NCBI GenBank assembly: GCA_047967505.1
Contig: CM106538.1
Source: Dipteris shenzhenensis
Lineage: Eukaryota
Length of the DNA stretch: 64,000 nucleotides
Direction: 5' to 3' (one strand)
The notes under the pieces are model-generated. The model saw only the letters and a program-made list of their open reading frames with translations, did not search any database and had not been told where the DNA came from. The position numbers and the translations under genes are program-made. Of the stretch, positions 52,292 to 64,000 are shown one piece after another (position 1 is the first letter of the stretch; each line of letters opens with the position of its first letter).

Positions 52292-53178
52292 CAGAACAAC
52301 ACAAAGCACCCACAAATGTGCACACAGATGCGTTTCCTTAACTAAAAAAAACTTACGGGGTGTGTCTATTTGTGCATCTACATATCTGCGTTTATAGGTG
52401 CATCTTTGTAAAAGACAGACGCACCTATAAACGCACAAATAAATGCTCTGGTAGAAATTTTAAAAAAATAAAAAGATGTATACATATACGTGTTTATAGA
52501 TGCGCTTATAGACACTCTACAAAATCTTTTTTGTTAATAAAAGCAAAATTTTGTATGGTTGAACAGAATGTTGTGTATGTTATGTATGCTATGTAGTTAC
52601 AAGAATCCCATTTCCATATTGTGCAATTCAATTCTTACAACCAACCGCATTTCAATTAGCACGATTGCAAGCATGTCTATCACCGACGATTACAATTCCG
52701 AATAAAACATTACAACTTCAAAACATTTAGTTCACAAGGCATTCATTGATAGAACGTTGCATAAGGAAATTGAAAGTCAAAAAAATAAAAGGAGTGTATA
52801 TTAATTCATAGCTCAAAAAGTGCTTATATGTACATATAGCACGAAGCCAAGCCACATCTATGGCTTCAAGTACAAAAAATAAGAGGAGTGTATATACAAG
52901 AGAGGCATGAAGCCAAGCCAGTGGCTTCAAGTACAAAAAAGAGTAGCTAGCACTACTTCTACGACTAATCTACGTTCTCTGTGTCCTCGCTCCCTTCTTT
53001 GCTACCTTCTTCCTCATCTTCTTCCTCCTAATCAGCCATAGGGCCCTGTAAACAAGGGACAACATGTATCAATGTATGAAAAATCAAATCTTTATTTACA
53101 ATATTGACATTATTTAATTATTTTTAAATACCTGGGGGGGCGCTCCAATAGCCCAGATATACTGCTCCTTAGTAATCA
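52292..53178 (-). mobile_element. Family B-related fragment B7 abutting or inserted in the TnpA-like exon of B6
   Basis: Starts CAGAACAACACAAAGCACCC and repeats ~50086-50960; truncated at ~53178. Confidence 0.8.
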
Positions 53179-53749
53179 TGCTCTATTAACGGATGTCGGT
53201 ATTTTACACACATTGGTGCAGTAGCTAGCATCACTTACACAAGTACATAAAGGTTTTAGCAATTGGATAATACTTTCCAATTTTTATCATGGAAATAAAA
53301 CAATTGTAATACCATGTAAATGCTTTGGCATTACTTCCAATTGGTATGATGTCAATCAATAAAATTTTAAATAGCACAATATTTATATTAGAATGTAAAC
53401 ATGATTGTAATACCATCTAAGTGCTTTAGCATAGTTTCCAATTAGTATAACATCAATCAAGAAAATTGGTATGATGTCAATCCACAAAGTTTTAAATAGC
53501 ACAATATTTAATAAGTCAGAATGTAAGCACGATCAGCAGTGTATATAGTATTTCAAGTCTTGGAATGATTGCTCATGAGTCATCACAAAGTTCTCATGCC
53601 TTGGTTACTTCACATTCTTCACAATTTTGTATGGTCTAGCCCATGTTAGGAGGGAATTCTTGCCTACCTAATGATCAAATCAATTGTCAAAACATAAAAC
53701 TAAATTTATGCATTTGGATTCCTTTCCTAAAATTTCTTGATCCAGGCAT

Positions 53750-55634
53750 TGTGATGCCAGAAAATCGATATTTTTTATATGGCATTGGTATTGTTTTCTT
53801 CTGTTTGATAAGAGTTTGAGTATCAAGTGATATCCTAGCGGCTCTTACTTATTTCTATTTTCTAAGATATTGTATGGGATCGAGAGGATGAGTGAAATCG
53901 ATCATTGTAAATACCATAGGTATGAATTATAAATACCTTGGTATGGGGTGAGAGTTATTTGTGTATGGGATATTATGGGGTTTTTAGAAAATAGGAAGAG
54001 TGAGTCATATAAAGAGGTGGGCTCATGTCCATGTGTTCCTATAATATAAGAGAGGCCACATGCCAAGCGTGTTGAAGGCATGTGGAGGAGTGTGGAGTCA
54101 AGAGGAATCCTTCTATAATTCCAATGTGGAATAAGGAGGATGTGGACATATGGAAAAGAGAGGGTCCCTATGGGCTCCATGTGCAAAGACTCTTGACTTT
54201 CTCGATATTTTAAGAGTCTTGAGCATCTTCTGATGGGACACATGGCAAGAGTAGCCAAAAAGGACATGGATGGTCACATACAAGCTTATGTGATTAATGG
54301 GGAAAGGAATCTACAGGCAGCAATTGTAAATGGGTGAAGGAGGGTGACAAAATCTCTATAAAAGGAGCCCTCCTCTCCCTTTTTCATCATCTCATTAGGC
54401 CTCATGTTGTTGTAGCTCTAGTCTCTTCAAGCCTCTTCCATGAGCCTTCTCTCCCTCTTATAGATATTCTCTTATGTAGACTCTTGAGTCCATCTCTCTC
54501 TACTTCATTCTCTCTCTATGAGTAGTCTTGGAGCTTCCGCTCCCTCTTGTACGTATGAAACCTCTTCTTCTCCCTTGTGTTTGTAGTATTTTGAGTCGCA
54601 TTGGAGTGGAGTCTCACTCTATTGACAATGAAGATCACTTCGTATTCCCTCTCTTGAATCTCTCTTCCCTTTTCTTCCTTTCAAAGCCTTAAAAGTTCTT
54701 TCTATTCGGCCACTCACTGCACACACATGGTCCATCCATTTCCCGAGCCACCAAAGGAGTTACTTACCCTATTCTAGGAAAAATATATGAGTGGTGGATC
54801 GTTGATTAAGTTGGAGTCTTGAGGGAGCATCCTGCTCAGCCGAAATTAGCATGGGTGGAGGGCAGTTTTCATGATAGTTTGACCTCCTGTTAGTGTTTCG
54901 CTTATAACTTTCCGCTCATTACTCCAATTTTGATGAAACTTATAGTGTGAAGCTCTTTTCAAGGCACATGTCTTTGTTTTATTAGACCTTGAATCAGATA
55001 CTACAACAAAAAGTTATGAGTCTCTGTGTTTAACAGGCTGTTTTCATGATAATTTTTACCCTCGTCTAGTAAACCACCCATAATTTTCTGGCCGCTTCTT
55101 TGTTTCTTACGAAATGTATATCAATGCGAAGCCCATCTCAAGGCGCATCTCTATATGTGTTTGAATCTTTGGTATCATGTCTCTAACGAAAGTTATAGGC
55201 CTCTGTGTCTAATGATAGTTTACAAAGTATTTTGAGCTAAGTGTAAAGGTATCTATGAAGGAGGTGCAATGTTTCCTCGAAACCTACCCATCTGACCCAA
55301 TCAGCCCCTTCAAGCTCCTTGATATATATCAGTTCATGTCATGTTGAGCCGCAAGATCTTCTTTCAACAACGTATCGCTCTTCTCTTTGGCGCAGACCGG
55401 CTTGCTGAGATTATGGCCTCTACTGATCCTTTCCTTCTCCCTATGCTTGAGTACAACATCACTTGGGATGTTACCATCTTCATTCTCATCTAAGGGAGGA
55501 AAGTATAGTGTGGTATCTTGGCATAAAAGCTTCTTTTAATGTCCCTTTCTCAATGATAAGTATCTTTGTCACGCAGTTCAAAAGTAGGAAGTGAAGAGGT
55601 GCGTGGAGTTTATTACCCCCAACTTCATGTCACA
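53750..55634 (+). repeat. 5' LTR
   Basis: Direct repeat of 61287-63091; TATAAAAG at 54357-54364; ends TGTCACA. Confidence 0.92.
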
Positions 55635-55640
55635 TCTTTT

Positions 55641-55652
55641 TGGTGGAGACGC
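55641..55652 (+). promoter_or_regulatory. PBS, complementary to the 3' end of tRNA-Ala
   Basis: TGGTGGAGACGC lies 6 nt after the LTR; plant tRNA-Ala ends ...GC(A/G)TCTCCACCA (recalled, not searched). Confidence 0.75.
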
Positions 55653-56299
55653 CAGGTACATTTGGTATTGGATTCATCCCACCTTATTAAACAATCTTGG
55701 GTGTACTTGATTGCATGCTATGCCTAGTATAGACATGTGTTTTCTGATGTGATAAAGAAGATGCCTGCAAGAACTCCATTAGAAGAGATTGCAGCCCATT
55801 TAAGAGAACTAGAAGATTGTGAAGGTGATGCTCAAGCTATTTGCACGGTCATCATGATCATATCCTTTATGTTTGCAGTCTTGAATATGTTGGTGAATCA
55901 ACAATGTCGTCAGCAGGCACAATGATAGATTGGGGATTGTTTCATGCACTAGTAGCTTGGTGTGAAGAAGAGTTGAGTCTTTGGGTAGTTTTTGACTATA
56001 ACAGTGGAGTAGTGATTCTCAATGCTTTCAAATTCTTTTTCTATGCAAATGATGAAGAGTACAATATCTTGAAGCTGTTATGTGCACTTCCAATTGTGAA
56101 AAGGGTGATTCTTGAATGCATGTATACACAATGTTTTCATGGTGCTGGTTGGTCACTTATTTTTGAAGATTTTGTTGAGGATCACATTGTGGAGGGTTTT
56201 CAACAAGTAATTATGTATAATAAGTTGGTCTTGGTATACTAAGGCTCTGTGGGATCTTATTTGAATCTTATTTGGGATATTATTTGGATCTTGGTGTTT

Positions 56300-59200
56300 C
56301 CTTTTTGTGTTTGATCATGGTGAAGATTCCAGTGTTTTGAGGGACCCAAGGGAAAGACCCGCAGTCTTATCTTCGGGATTTTGTTTGAGGATGCCGACTT
56401 TCTGGATGGTCCATGAAGGATCGGGTGGAGATTTTGCCTAATTTTCTTGAAGGTGTAGCCTTGAGTTGGCATGAGGCCTTGCCGGACTCTACAAGGAGGA
56501 CTGGGACCAAGTGGTGGCTGCAATGAAACAGAGATTTAGGGCAGTGGAGTCGCCAAATGCTTTGATGTTGCAGTTGGACCGGTTCTATCAAGGAGAGGGT
56601 GAGATGGTCTCTACGTTGGCAATCCGATATGAAACTTTATGGACAAAGTATGAAAGGGCAGCTTTACGAGCTGTGGCATCTGCATCATCGACAACTCAAA
56701 GTCTCGCAGGGATGGAGGACTTAAAGATGAGCAAATTTGTTATGGATTTGGAGCCTCAAAGGTAATGAGTAACGATCCAACAACATACGTGGACTTCGCA
56801 TTGCGACCAAGAAAGAAGCTTCTCTAAAGATCGAATCCTCTTTTGTGTCTTCAACAGCTTCAACTTTTAAGGTGGAGGTAATGGGCACTCCTCAGGTACC
56901 AAAGTCCTCTAAGTTAGATCATAATATCTCCCAATTGATGGCAGAGTTTGCTGATTTGAAATTGCATTTGGTTAATGCATGACAGCCTAGAGCACTAAAG
57001 AGTGAGGATAGGCCTCAAGATAAGAGTGGGGTCACTTGCTATGAATGTAATGAAAAAGGTCACTATCACCCTGAGTGTCCTAGATTGAGAAAGAAAGAAG
57101 AAATACAAGTATCCTTGTTAGAAGCTTCTTCAGGGGATGAGGAAAGAGAGGTAATGATGGCTAAACAGGGGTGTGGTAAAGCAAAAGAAGAAGAAGAAAG
57201 CAAGGAAGAAGTAGATGAGGAACATCAGGAAGAGGAACATCGTAGTAAGAAAAAGAAGGCATCTAGAAGGAGAATTAGCCAGTCAGACTTTCCTTTAAGA
57301 CAGGAATTGGAAGCTATGACTTGTTGTCTGACCTTAAAGAAAAGGAAGCTCATATCACCTTTGGTCAATTACTTACTTTGTCTCCAAAACTACGGAATGA
57401 ATGGGGAAAGCTAGCAAGCACAAGAGTGTCAAAGAAGAAAAAGAAGAAAAGTGCCATTCATGTTGTTCAAAAGGTAGATATAGATGTTGGTGATGATGTA
57501 CCTGTGGTTGATGTGATCATTGATGGTCAAGTGATTTCTAATGTGTACATTGATGGAGGTGCATCGATTAATGTCATGAGTGAGAAGACCATGATAGATG
57601 CTGATTTAAAATACTCTAGTACTACCTCTCCTTATCACATCAAATTGGCTGACAACACTAGGGTAAAGACCTTGGGAGTTGTGAAGAATCTAGAAGTGGA
57701 TGTATGTGGAATTTTTGTGCCGACTACTTTTCAGGTGATCCCTACCAAGCCAAATGCACGTGCCTATCCATTGATTTTGGGAAGGCCTTGGCTACGCAAG
57801 GTGAAGGCTGTTCAAAAGTGGGATACTAGAGAATTGATTTTGCAGGGAAATGATAAGAAGGTGCGCTAAAACATCAGAAGTCGCAAAAAGGAAGTTGTCA
57901 AGGAGGAGTCTTCAACATCAGAGAGTTCGAGAGCTCTGACTTAACCGATGAAGAAGAAGAGACAGGGTGTAGCTCCGAGGAGTCTAGCTCAGAGGGTGAG
58001 GTGGAAGGAGTGGCCTTTGGTCTTTGTCTTGGTGCTAATCGGGATGAGTCAGGAAGGAACAAGGTGGCGGTGCAAGAAGATCCTGTAGAGACACTTTATG
58101 TGGAGGATGTGGAGCATACTAAACGACGCCTTCTTGGTGGTTCTCTATCAGGTTGTGAGAAGCTCCAGTACTTGGATATGTTAGATGATTTTTCATGTCT
58201 CTTTGCAACAAGCTATTCATAGATTCAACCAGTCTCTCTTGTGGAGCACAAGATTGAGTTGAAGCTAGAAAGCAAGCCAGTTGTGCAACGCTTAAGGTAA
58301 TTGGGGGTGATCCAAGCTGAGGCACTGAAGAAAGAGGTAACCCAACTACTTAAGGTGGGATTCATCTTTCCTGTTGATGATTCAGAATGGATATCTCCTG
58401 TAGTTGTCACACCAAAGAAAGGAAATAAGTGGCGGATTTGTGTGGACTTTCCTTTGAATGCATGCACTAAGAGGGATCATTTTCCTTTGCCATTCCAAGA
58501 TGAAATACTAGACCAAGTAGCAGGGCATGAGATGTATTCTATATGTGATGGGTATTCTGGGTACTTTCAAATTCGTGTTCGAGAGGAAGATCAAAAGAAA
58601 ACATCATTTGTCACACCTTGGGGAGTTTTTGCTTATAGAGATGTCTTTTGGGTTGACCAATGCACCAGCTACATTTCAAAGGTTCATGAGTCAAGTGCTC
58701 GAGCCTTACTTGGGAAAGTTCATAAGGGTGTTTTTGGATGATTTTTGCATTTATTCTCGATGCATAGATCACATGGAGAAGTTAAAGATGGCCTTAGCTA
58801 GGATTGATGAAGCAAAAGGGTGTCTAAATCCTAGCAAGTGTCATTTGGCTCAAACAAAAGTAGTCTTGTTGGGGCATATTGTGTCTGAAGAAGGCTTGCA
58901 AATGGATCCTGACAAGGTTCAAGCAATCATGGCATTGCCAAGTCCTGAGAGTGTCACTGGTGTTCGCAGAATTCTAGGAAAGAGCAAGTATTATCAACAC
59001 TTTTGTGATGATTTCATAGAGATAGTGCATCCCATGAACTTGTTGACAAGAAAAGGAGTTTCTTTGAAATGGGGTGTGGAGCAACAAAAGTCTTTTCAGC
59101 AACTTAAGGAGGCCATGAGTAAGGGCCCAATATTGAAGCCTCCTAATTGGTCTTAAGACTTTTATGTAAATCCAAGTGTATCTTTGCATTCAATTGGTGC

Positions 59201-61140
59201 TGTATTGCTACAAAAAGGAGAGGTAGGTAGAATGCAACCCATCTATTATGCCAGCTGACAGCTTACAAAGGTGGAAACAAGGTATGAAGAAATGGAGCAG
59301 CAAGCTCTCTCTTTGGTGTTTTCAATCAGAAAGTTTCACTCCTATTTATTACCTCGACCATTTTTTTCCTTACCTCTCAGTCTATATTAGCATATCTAGT
59401 TCTTGTCAGGACAGGAGGATCTAGGAGAAGAAAATAAATGTAAGGAGAACATTAAAGATGAAAGGGATACACCACCAATAGCTCTTGTTTTGTATTTTGA
59501 TGGGGCTTTTAGTCCTTCATGCCAAGAAGGAGACGAGGGGATAGTCTTGATGAATTCTGAAGGTCAAGAGGTGTGGGCAAGAGGACAAGAGCTTCCAGGT
59601 ATCACAACTAACAATGTAGCTGAGTATAATGCTTTGATTCTTGGTTTGGAGGGTTAGTCTTCAAAGTCAAGTTGAAGAATTGGAAGTAAGAGGAGATTCT
59701 CAGCTTATTATAAAGAAAATGCAAGGGCATTACAGGACAAGAAGTCCTCATTTGAAGGAGCTTAATCAAAAGGCTATGGCACTATGTAGCCAATTTGATT
59801 TTTGCAAGTTTGTTCATATAAACAGAAAAGAAAATCAAAGGGCCGATGAGTTAGCTACTCAAGCCATTGTAGTACAAGACTGGAGGGTGGTTTCTTTGGA
59901 GACACTGGATGGCCAGAACTGCAAGATGTTCAGCAATATGTGGAAGAAGCATGTTTCCTCAAGGGTTAACTCCACAACAGAAGCAGAGATTGGTAAGAAA
60001 GGCTTGTCCCTATACTCTTGTGGATGACATTCTTTATAAATTGGGAAAAGACAAGGTGCTCTGTCGGGTGGTCCATACCATGGAGATTAGGAGAATCCTA
60101 GAAATGTGTCATGAATGCTCCAGTCATTTTGCTTCAGCAAGCACAGCTAGGAGAATTCTTAATGCAGGTTACTTTTGGCCACACCTCCATAAGGATTTAT
60201 ATGAATGGTGCCGAAGTTGTAAAGTATGCCAAAAGTTTGGAAGGCGACAGTTGATTCCTAGGCCCTTCAAGCCTATTCCAGCATATGGACCATTTGAGAG
60301 GTGGGGGTTGGACTTTGTGGGACCACTCCCTTGCTCATCTCAAGGCAAGCATTATTTATTGGTGGCCACAGATTATGCGACTCGATGGGCAGAGGCCAAG
60401 GCCACAATCAATAGCAAGGCAAGCACAGTTGTAAAATTTCTCTTTGATCAAATTTGTTCATGCTTTGGTTGTCCTTTCGAAATTGGCACTTATGGAGAAA
60501 CCTCTTTTAGAAATGAACTAATTGAAGATGTGGTGCATAAGCTAAAGATAAAAACCATAGCATGTCCACACCATACTATCCCCAATGTAATGGCTTGGCT
60601 GAGAAAACAAATGGATCATTGTTGTGCAATTCAATGGGAAAGCTTGTAGACACCAAGAAAAAGCATTAGGATAGGCACTTGGCAGAAGTTTTATGGGCTT
60701 ACAGAACCACACACAAGCTAGCTATTGGGTTTACACCATTCCAACTAGTGTGTGAAATAGAAGCCATTTTACCCATTGAATTGGAGATACATAGTCTTCG
60801 CACTACTGTTACAAGAAAACAAGGACAGGAGGATGCCTATGCTCAACGCTTGGTACAACTAGAAGCCTTAGATGAATGCAGATTACAGGCCTTACAAAAC
60901 TTGAAATCTTCTCAAAAAAGGTGCAAGGCCCGTTTTGACACCAAATTACGAAAGAAGAAAGATATTGCAGAAGAAGATTTAGTCATGAGATTTGATAGCC
61001 GTCTGAACAAGCAACTAGACAAAAAGTTTATCGGCCGACGGGAGGGACCATATCGAAAAAGAAGTTCACAAATAGAACCTATCAGCTTGAGGATGTTGAT
61101 GGCATGGTGATACCCAGACGCACCAATGAGTATTGCCTTA
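56300..61140 (+). pseudogene. gag-pol polyprotein, fragmented by stops and frameshifts
   Basis: gag GKDPQSYLRDF and MKQRFRAVES; zinc knuckle CYECNEKGHYHPEC (57037-57078); protease VYIDGGASINVM; RT WISPVVVTPKK..WRICVDF, DGYSGYFQI, FGLTNAPATFQR, FLDD; RH PIYYAS; integrase CHECSSH...CKVCQ, WGLDFVGP, LWAYRTT. Confidence 0.95.
59480..59870 (+). pseudogene. Additional archaeal-type RNase H domain between RH and integrase
   Basis: LYFDGA...TNNVAEYNALILGLE, then (frameshift) LEVRGDSQLII...FVHINRKENQRADELA. Confidence 0.9.
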
Positions 61141-61205
61141 AGTTCTTCTATGCTCGACCACCTTGAGGACCAGCAGACCCTCTCTATCACTAGAGAGGAT
61201 CTGCT

Positions 61206-61218
61206 AGGGGGGGGAAGA
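61206..61218 (+). promoter_or_regulatory. Polypurine tract
   Basis: AGGGGGGGGAAGA immediately before TGTGATG of the 3' LTR. Confidence 0.9.
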
Positions 61219-63091
61219 TGTGATGCCAGAAAATTAAGATGTTATGCATTTGGAGTTCCTTTCCCAAAATTTATTGATCTAGGCATTGTGATGCCATAAA
61301 ATTGATATTTTTTATATGGCATTGGTATTGTTTTCTTCTATGTTTGATAAGAGTTTGAGTATCAAGTGATAGCCTAGCGGCTCTCACTTATTTCTATTTT
61401 GTAAGATATTATATGGGATTGAGAGGATGAGTGGAATGGATCATTGTAAATACCATAGGTATGAATTATAAATACCTTGGTATGGGGTGAGAGTTATTTG
61501 TGTATGGGATATTATGGGGTTTTTAGAAAATAGGAAGAGTGAGTCATATAAAGAGGTGGGCTCATGTCCATGTGTTCCTATAATATAAGAGAGGCCACAT
61601 GCCAAGCGTGTCGAAGGCATGTGGAGGAGTGTGGAGTCAAGAGGAATCCTTTTACAATTCCTATGTGGAATAAGGAGGATGTGGACATATGGAAAAGAGA
61701 GGGTCCCTATGGGCTCCATGTGGAGAGACTCTTGACTTTCTCAATATTTTAAGAGTCTTGAGCATCTTTTGATGGGACACATGGCAAGAGTATCTAAAAA
61801 GGACATGGATGGTGACATACGAGCTTATGTGATTGATGGGGAAAGGAATTTACAAGCAGCAAATAGCTCTAGTCTCCTCAAGCCTCTTCCATAAGCCTTC
61901 TCTCCCTCTTGTAGATATTCTCTTATGTAGACTCTTGAGTCCATCTCTCTCTAATTCATTCTCTCTCTATGAGTAGTCTTGGAGCTTCCACTCCCTCTTG
62001 TACGTATGAAACCTCTTCTTCTCCCTTGTGTTTGTAGTATTTTGAGTTGCATTGGAGTGGAGTCTTACTCTATTGACAATGAAGATCACTTCGTATTCCC
62101 TCTCTTGAATCTCTCTTCCCTTTTCTTCCTTTCAAAGCCTTAAAAGTTCTTTCTATTCGGCCGCTCATTGCATACACATGGTCCATCCATTTCCCGAGCC
62201 ACCAAGGGAGTTACTTACCCTATTCTAGGCAAAATCTATGAGTGGTGGATCGTTGATGAAGGTGGAGTCTTGAGGGAGCATCCTGCTCGGCAAAATTAGC
62301 ATGGGTGGAGGGCAGTTTTCATGATAGTTTGACCCCCTGTTAGTGTTTTGCTCATAACTTTCCGCTCGTTAGTCCGATTTTTTGTGAAACTTATATCAGC
62401 GTGAAGCTCTCTTCAAGGCGCATGTCTTTGTGCTATTAGACCTTGAATCAGATACTACAGCAAAAAGTTATGAGTCTCTATGTTTGACAGTCTGTTTTCA
62501 TGACAGTTTTTACCCCCGTCTAGTAAACCACCCATAACTTTCTGGCCGCTTCTTTGTTTCTTACGAAATGTATATCAATGCGAAGCCCATCTCAAGGTGC
62601 ATCTCTATATTTGTTTGAATCTTTGGTATCATGTCTCTACTGAAAGTTACAGGCCTTTGTGTCTAATGATAGTTTGGAGAGTGTTTTGAGCTAAGTGTAA
62701 AGATATCTATGAAGGAGGTGCAATGTTTCCTCGGAACCTACCCATCTGATCCAATCAGCCCCTTCAAGCTCCTCGATATATATCAGTTCATGTCATGTTG
62801 AGGTGCAAGATCTTCTTTCAACAACATATCGCTCTTCTCTTTGGTGCAGACTGGCTAGCTGAGATTATGGCCTCTACTGATCCTTTCCTTCTCCCTATGC
62901 TTGAGTACAACATCACTTGGGATGTTACCATCTTCATTCTCATCTAAGGGAGGAAAGTATGGTGTGGTATCTTGGCATAAAAGCTTCTTTTAATGTCCCT
63001 TTCTCAATGATAAGTATCTTTGTCACGCAGTTCAAAAGCAGTAGGAAGTGAAGAGGTGCGTGGACTTTATTACCCCCAACTTCATGTCACA
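61219..63091 (+). repeat. 3' LTR
   Basis: Starts after the PPT, has TGTGATGCCA twice (61219, 61287), lacks ~89 bp containing the TATA box, and ends TGTCACA. Confidence 0.92.
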
Positions 63092-63826
63092 GCATCAAAC
63101 CTAGCTTTCTGACATTGTTGCCTAGTCTCCATGTAGAGTAGTGCCAGCCTCCTCATCTCATCCTATTTTTGTAGCTACAACAATCTTGGCCTCTATCTTT
63201 GCTCCGTTAGTTAGTTTTTGCTCCAATGTGAACCTTGAAGCTAGATTTGGATCTCTAGGGGAAGAATTCCTTAGTGCCATACGCAAGCTAAAATGAGCTA
63301 TGTCCACCGGTGGAGGTGTTGTGGGTTACATACTGCTTGAGTCACATTCTAGTCCAACTAAGTATGGTGTCCCACTATCAAGTTTCTAATGAACTTACAA
63401 ATAGGCCCTTTAGCATGCCCATCATTGGTAAGAGTGTCCCATCACTTAATGCTTGCATTTTATAACAAAAATTATAAGTTTTGTTACAATTTTGGCCTCT
63501 TCTTCATCCTGCATCATTGTTGCATCTCGTTTCTGGAGTCTCTTCTCCATTGCTATATCTCGTATTCGAAGTCCCTTTTCGCGAGAATATCAGTGCTCGT
63601 TTGTTGTTCTGTTTGGTCGTGGATTTCAAGGAATTTGGCGATGGATTTCAACGGTAAACATAGTTTTTCAGACAATTGGCCTTATGTTCCTACCGACTCT
63701 GATTCAACATCTCTTCGTTAGGGAGCTTTTGTTGTAAGGGTGTAGCCAACCTTGTAGACTAGCTATTATTGTTGTCTACTTCCTACGATAGAGAGTTTCC
63801 CCCGAAGTCGAATTAGTTGTTGGCTA

Positions 63827-63953
63827 AGAGGCTAGCCAGGAGTGTTTCCTCTAGGTGATTGATGATCTGAAGGGTGGAAGCATAGTTTAGAGGCTAGCCA
63901 GGAGCATTTCCTCAGGGTGATTCATCCCTATGATCTAAAGGGTGGAAGCATAG
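63827..63953. repeat. Two tandem ~62-bp units
   Basis: AGAGGCTAGCCAGGAG...GGTGATT...GATCT.AAGGGTGGAAGCATAG twice. Confidence 0.8.
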
Positions 63954-64000
63954 AGGATCTCTTACCGAAGGTCGCATCATTTCCTTCTCTCAGCTTGCTC

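Larger units (their letters stand above)
53750..63091 (+). mobile_element. Full-length decayed Ty3/gypsy LTR retrotransposon, non-chromovirus Tat-like (extra archaeal-type RNase H)
   Basis: Two ~1.8-1.9-kb LTRs TGTGATG...TGTCACA, PBS, gag-PR-RT-RH-aRH-INT order and PPT. GCAT lies on both flanks (53746-53749, 63092-63095). The left boundary may instead be ~53685. Confidence 0.95.

Noticed and set aside
53902-54267. 121-aa minus-strand ORF repeated at 61441-61719
   Set aside because: It lies within the LTRs, so the duplication reflects the LTR pair; no domain recognised.
63092-64000. ORFs 63389-63737 as a host gene start
   Set aside because: Short, with no domain; flanked by tandem units and more likely another repeat.

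Overview
Eukaryotic, plant-type, gene-free transposon nest; I could not support any host gene, RNA gene or CRISPR array. It holds two related CACTA/En-Spm (CMC) DNA-transposon families. Family A has canonical CACTA ends, GTCGCTATATAGCGAC subterminal palindromes and a strand-symmetric GCATAA/TTATGC satellite. Family B has seven copies or fragments with non-canonical CACAA...TTGTG ends, 3-bp TSDs and TAGACGCGTCTA-type motif arrays, and two copies are inserted into their own family's second gene. Family B places the TnpD-type transposase and a spliced TnpA-like gene head-to-head; the same layout is inferred for family A from two partial copies. Also present: a degraded Sola/DUF7869-like transposase; a non-coding, tandem-array-rich repeat (family C) that leads to a 176-bp LTR plus tRNA-iMet PBS; two copies of a ~248-bp MITE with 8-bp TSDs; short filler-like insertions; and a full-length but decayed Ty3/gypsy element with a second, archaeal-type RNase H and a tRNA-Ala-like PBS. 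Family labels come from motif recognition by eye, not from database searches. Boundaries not marked by a TIR, TSD or LTR end are approximate.
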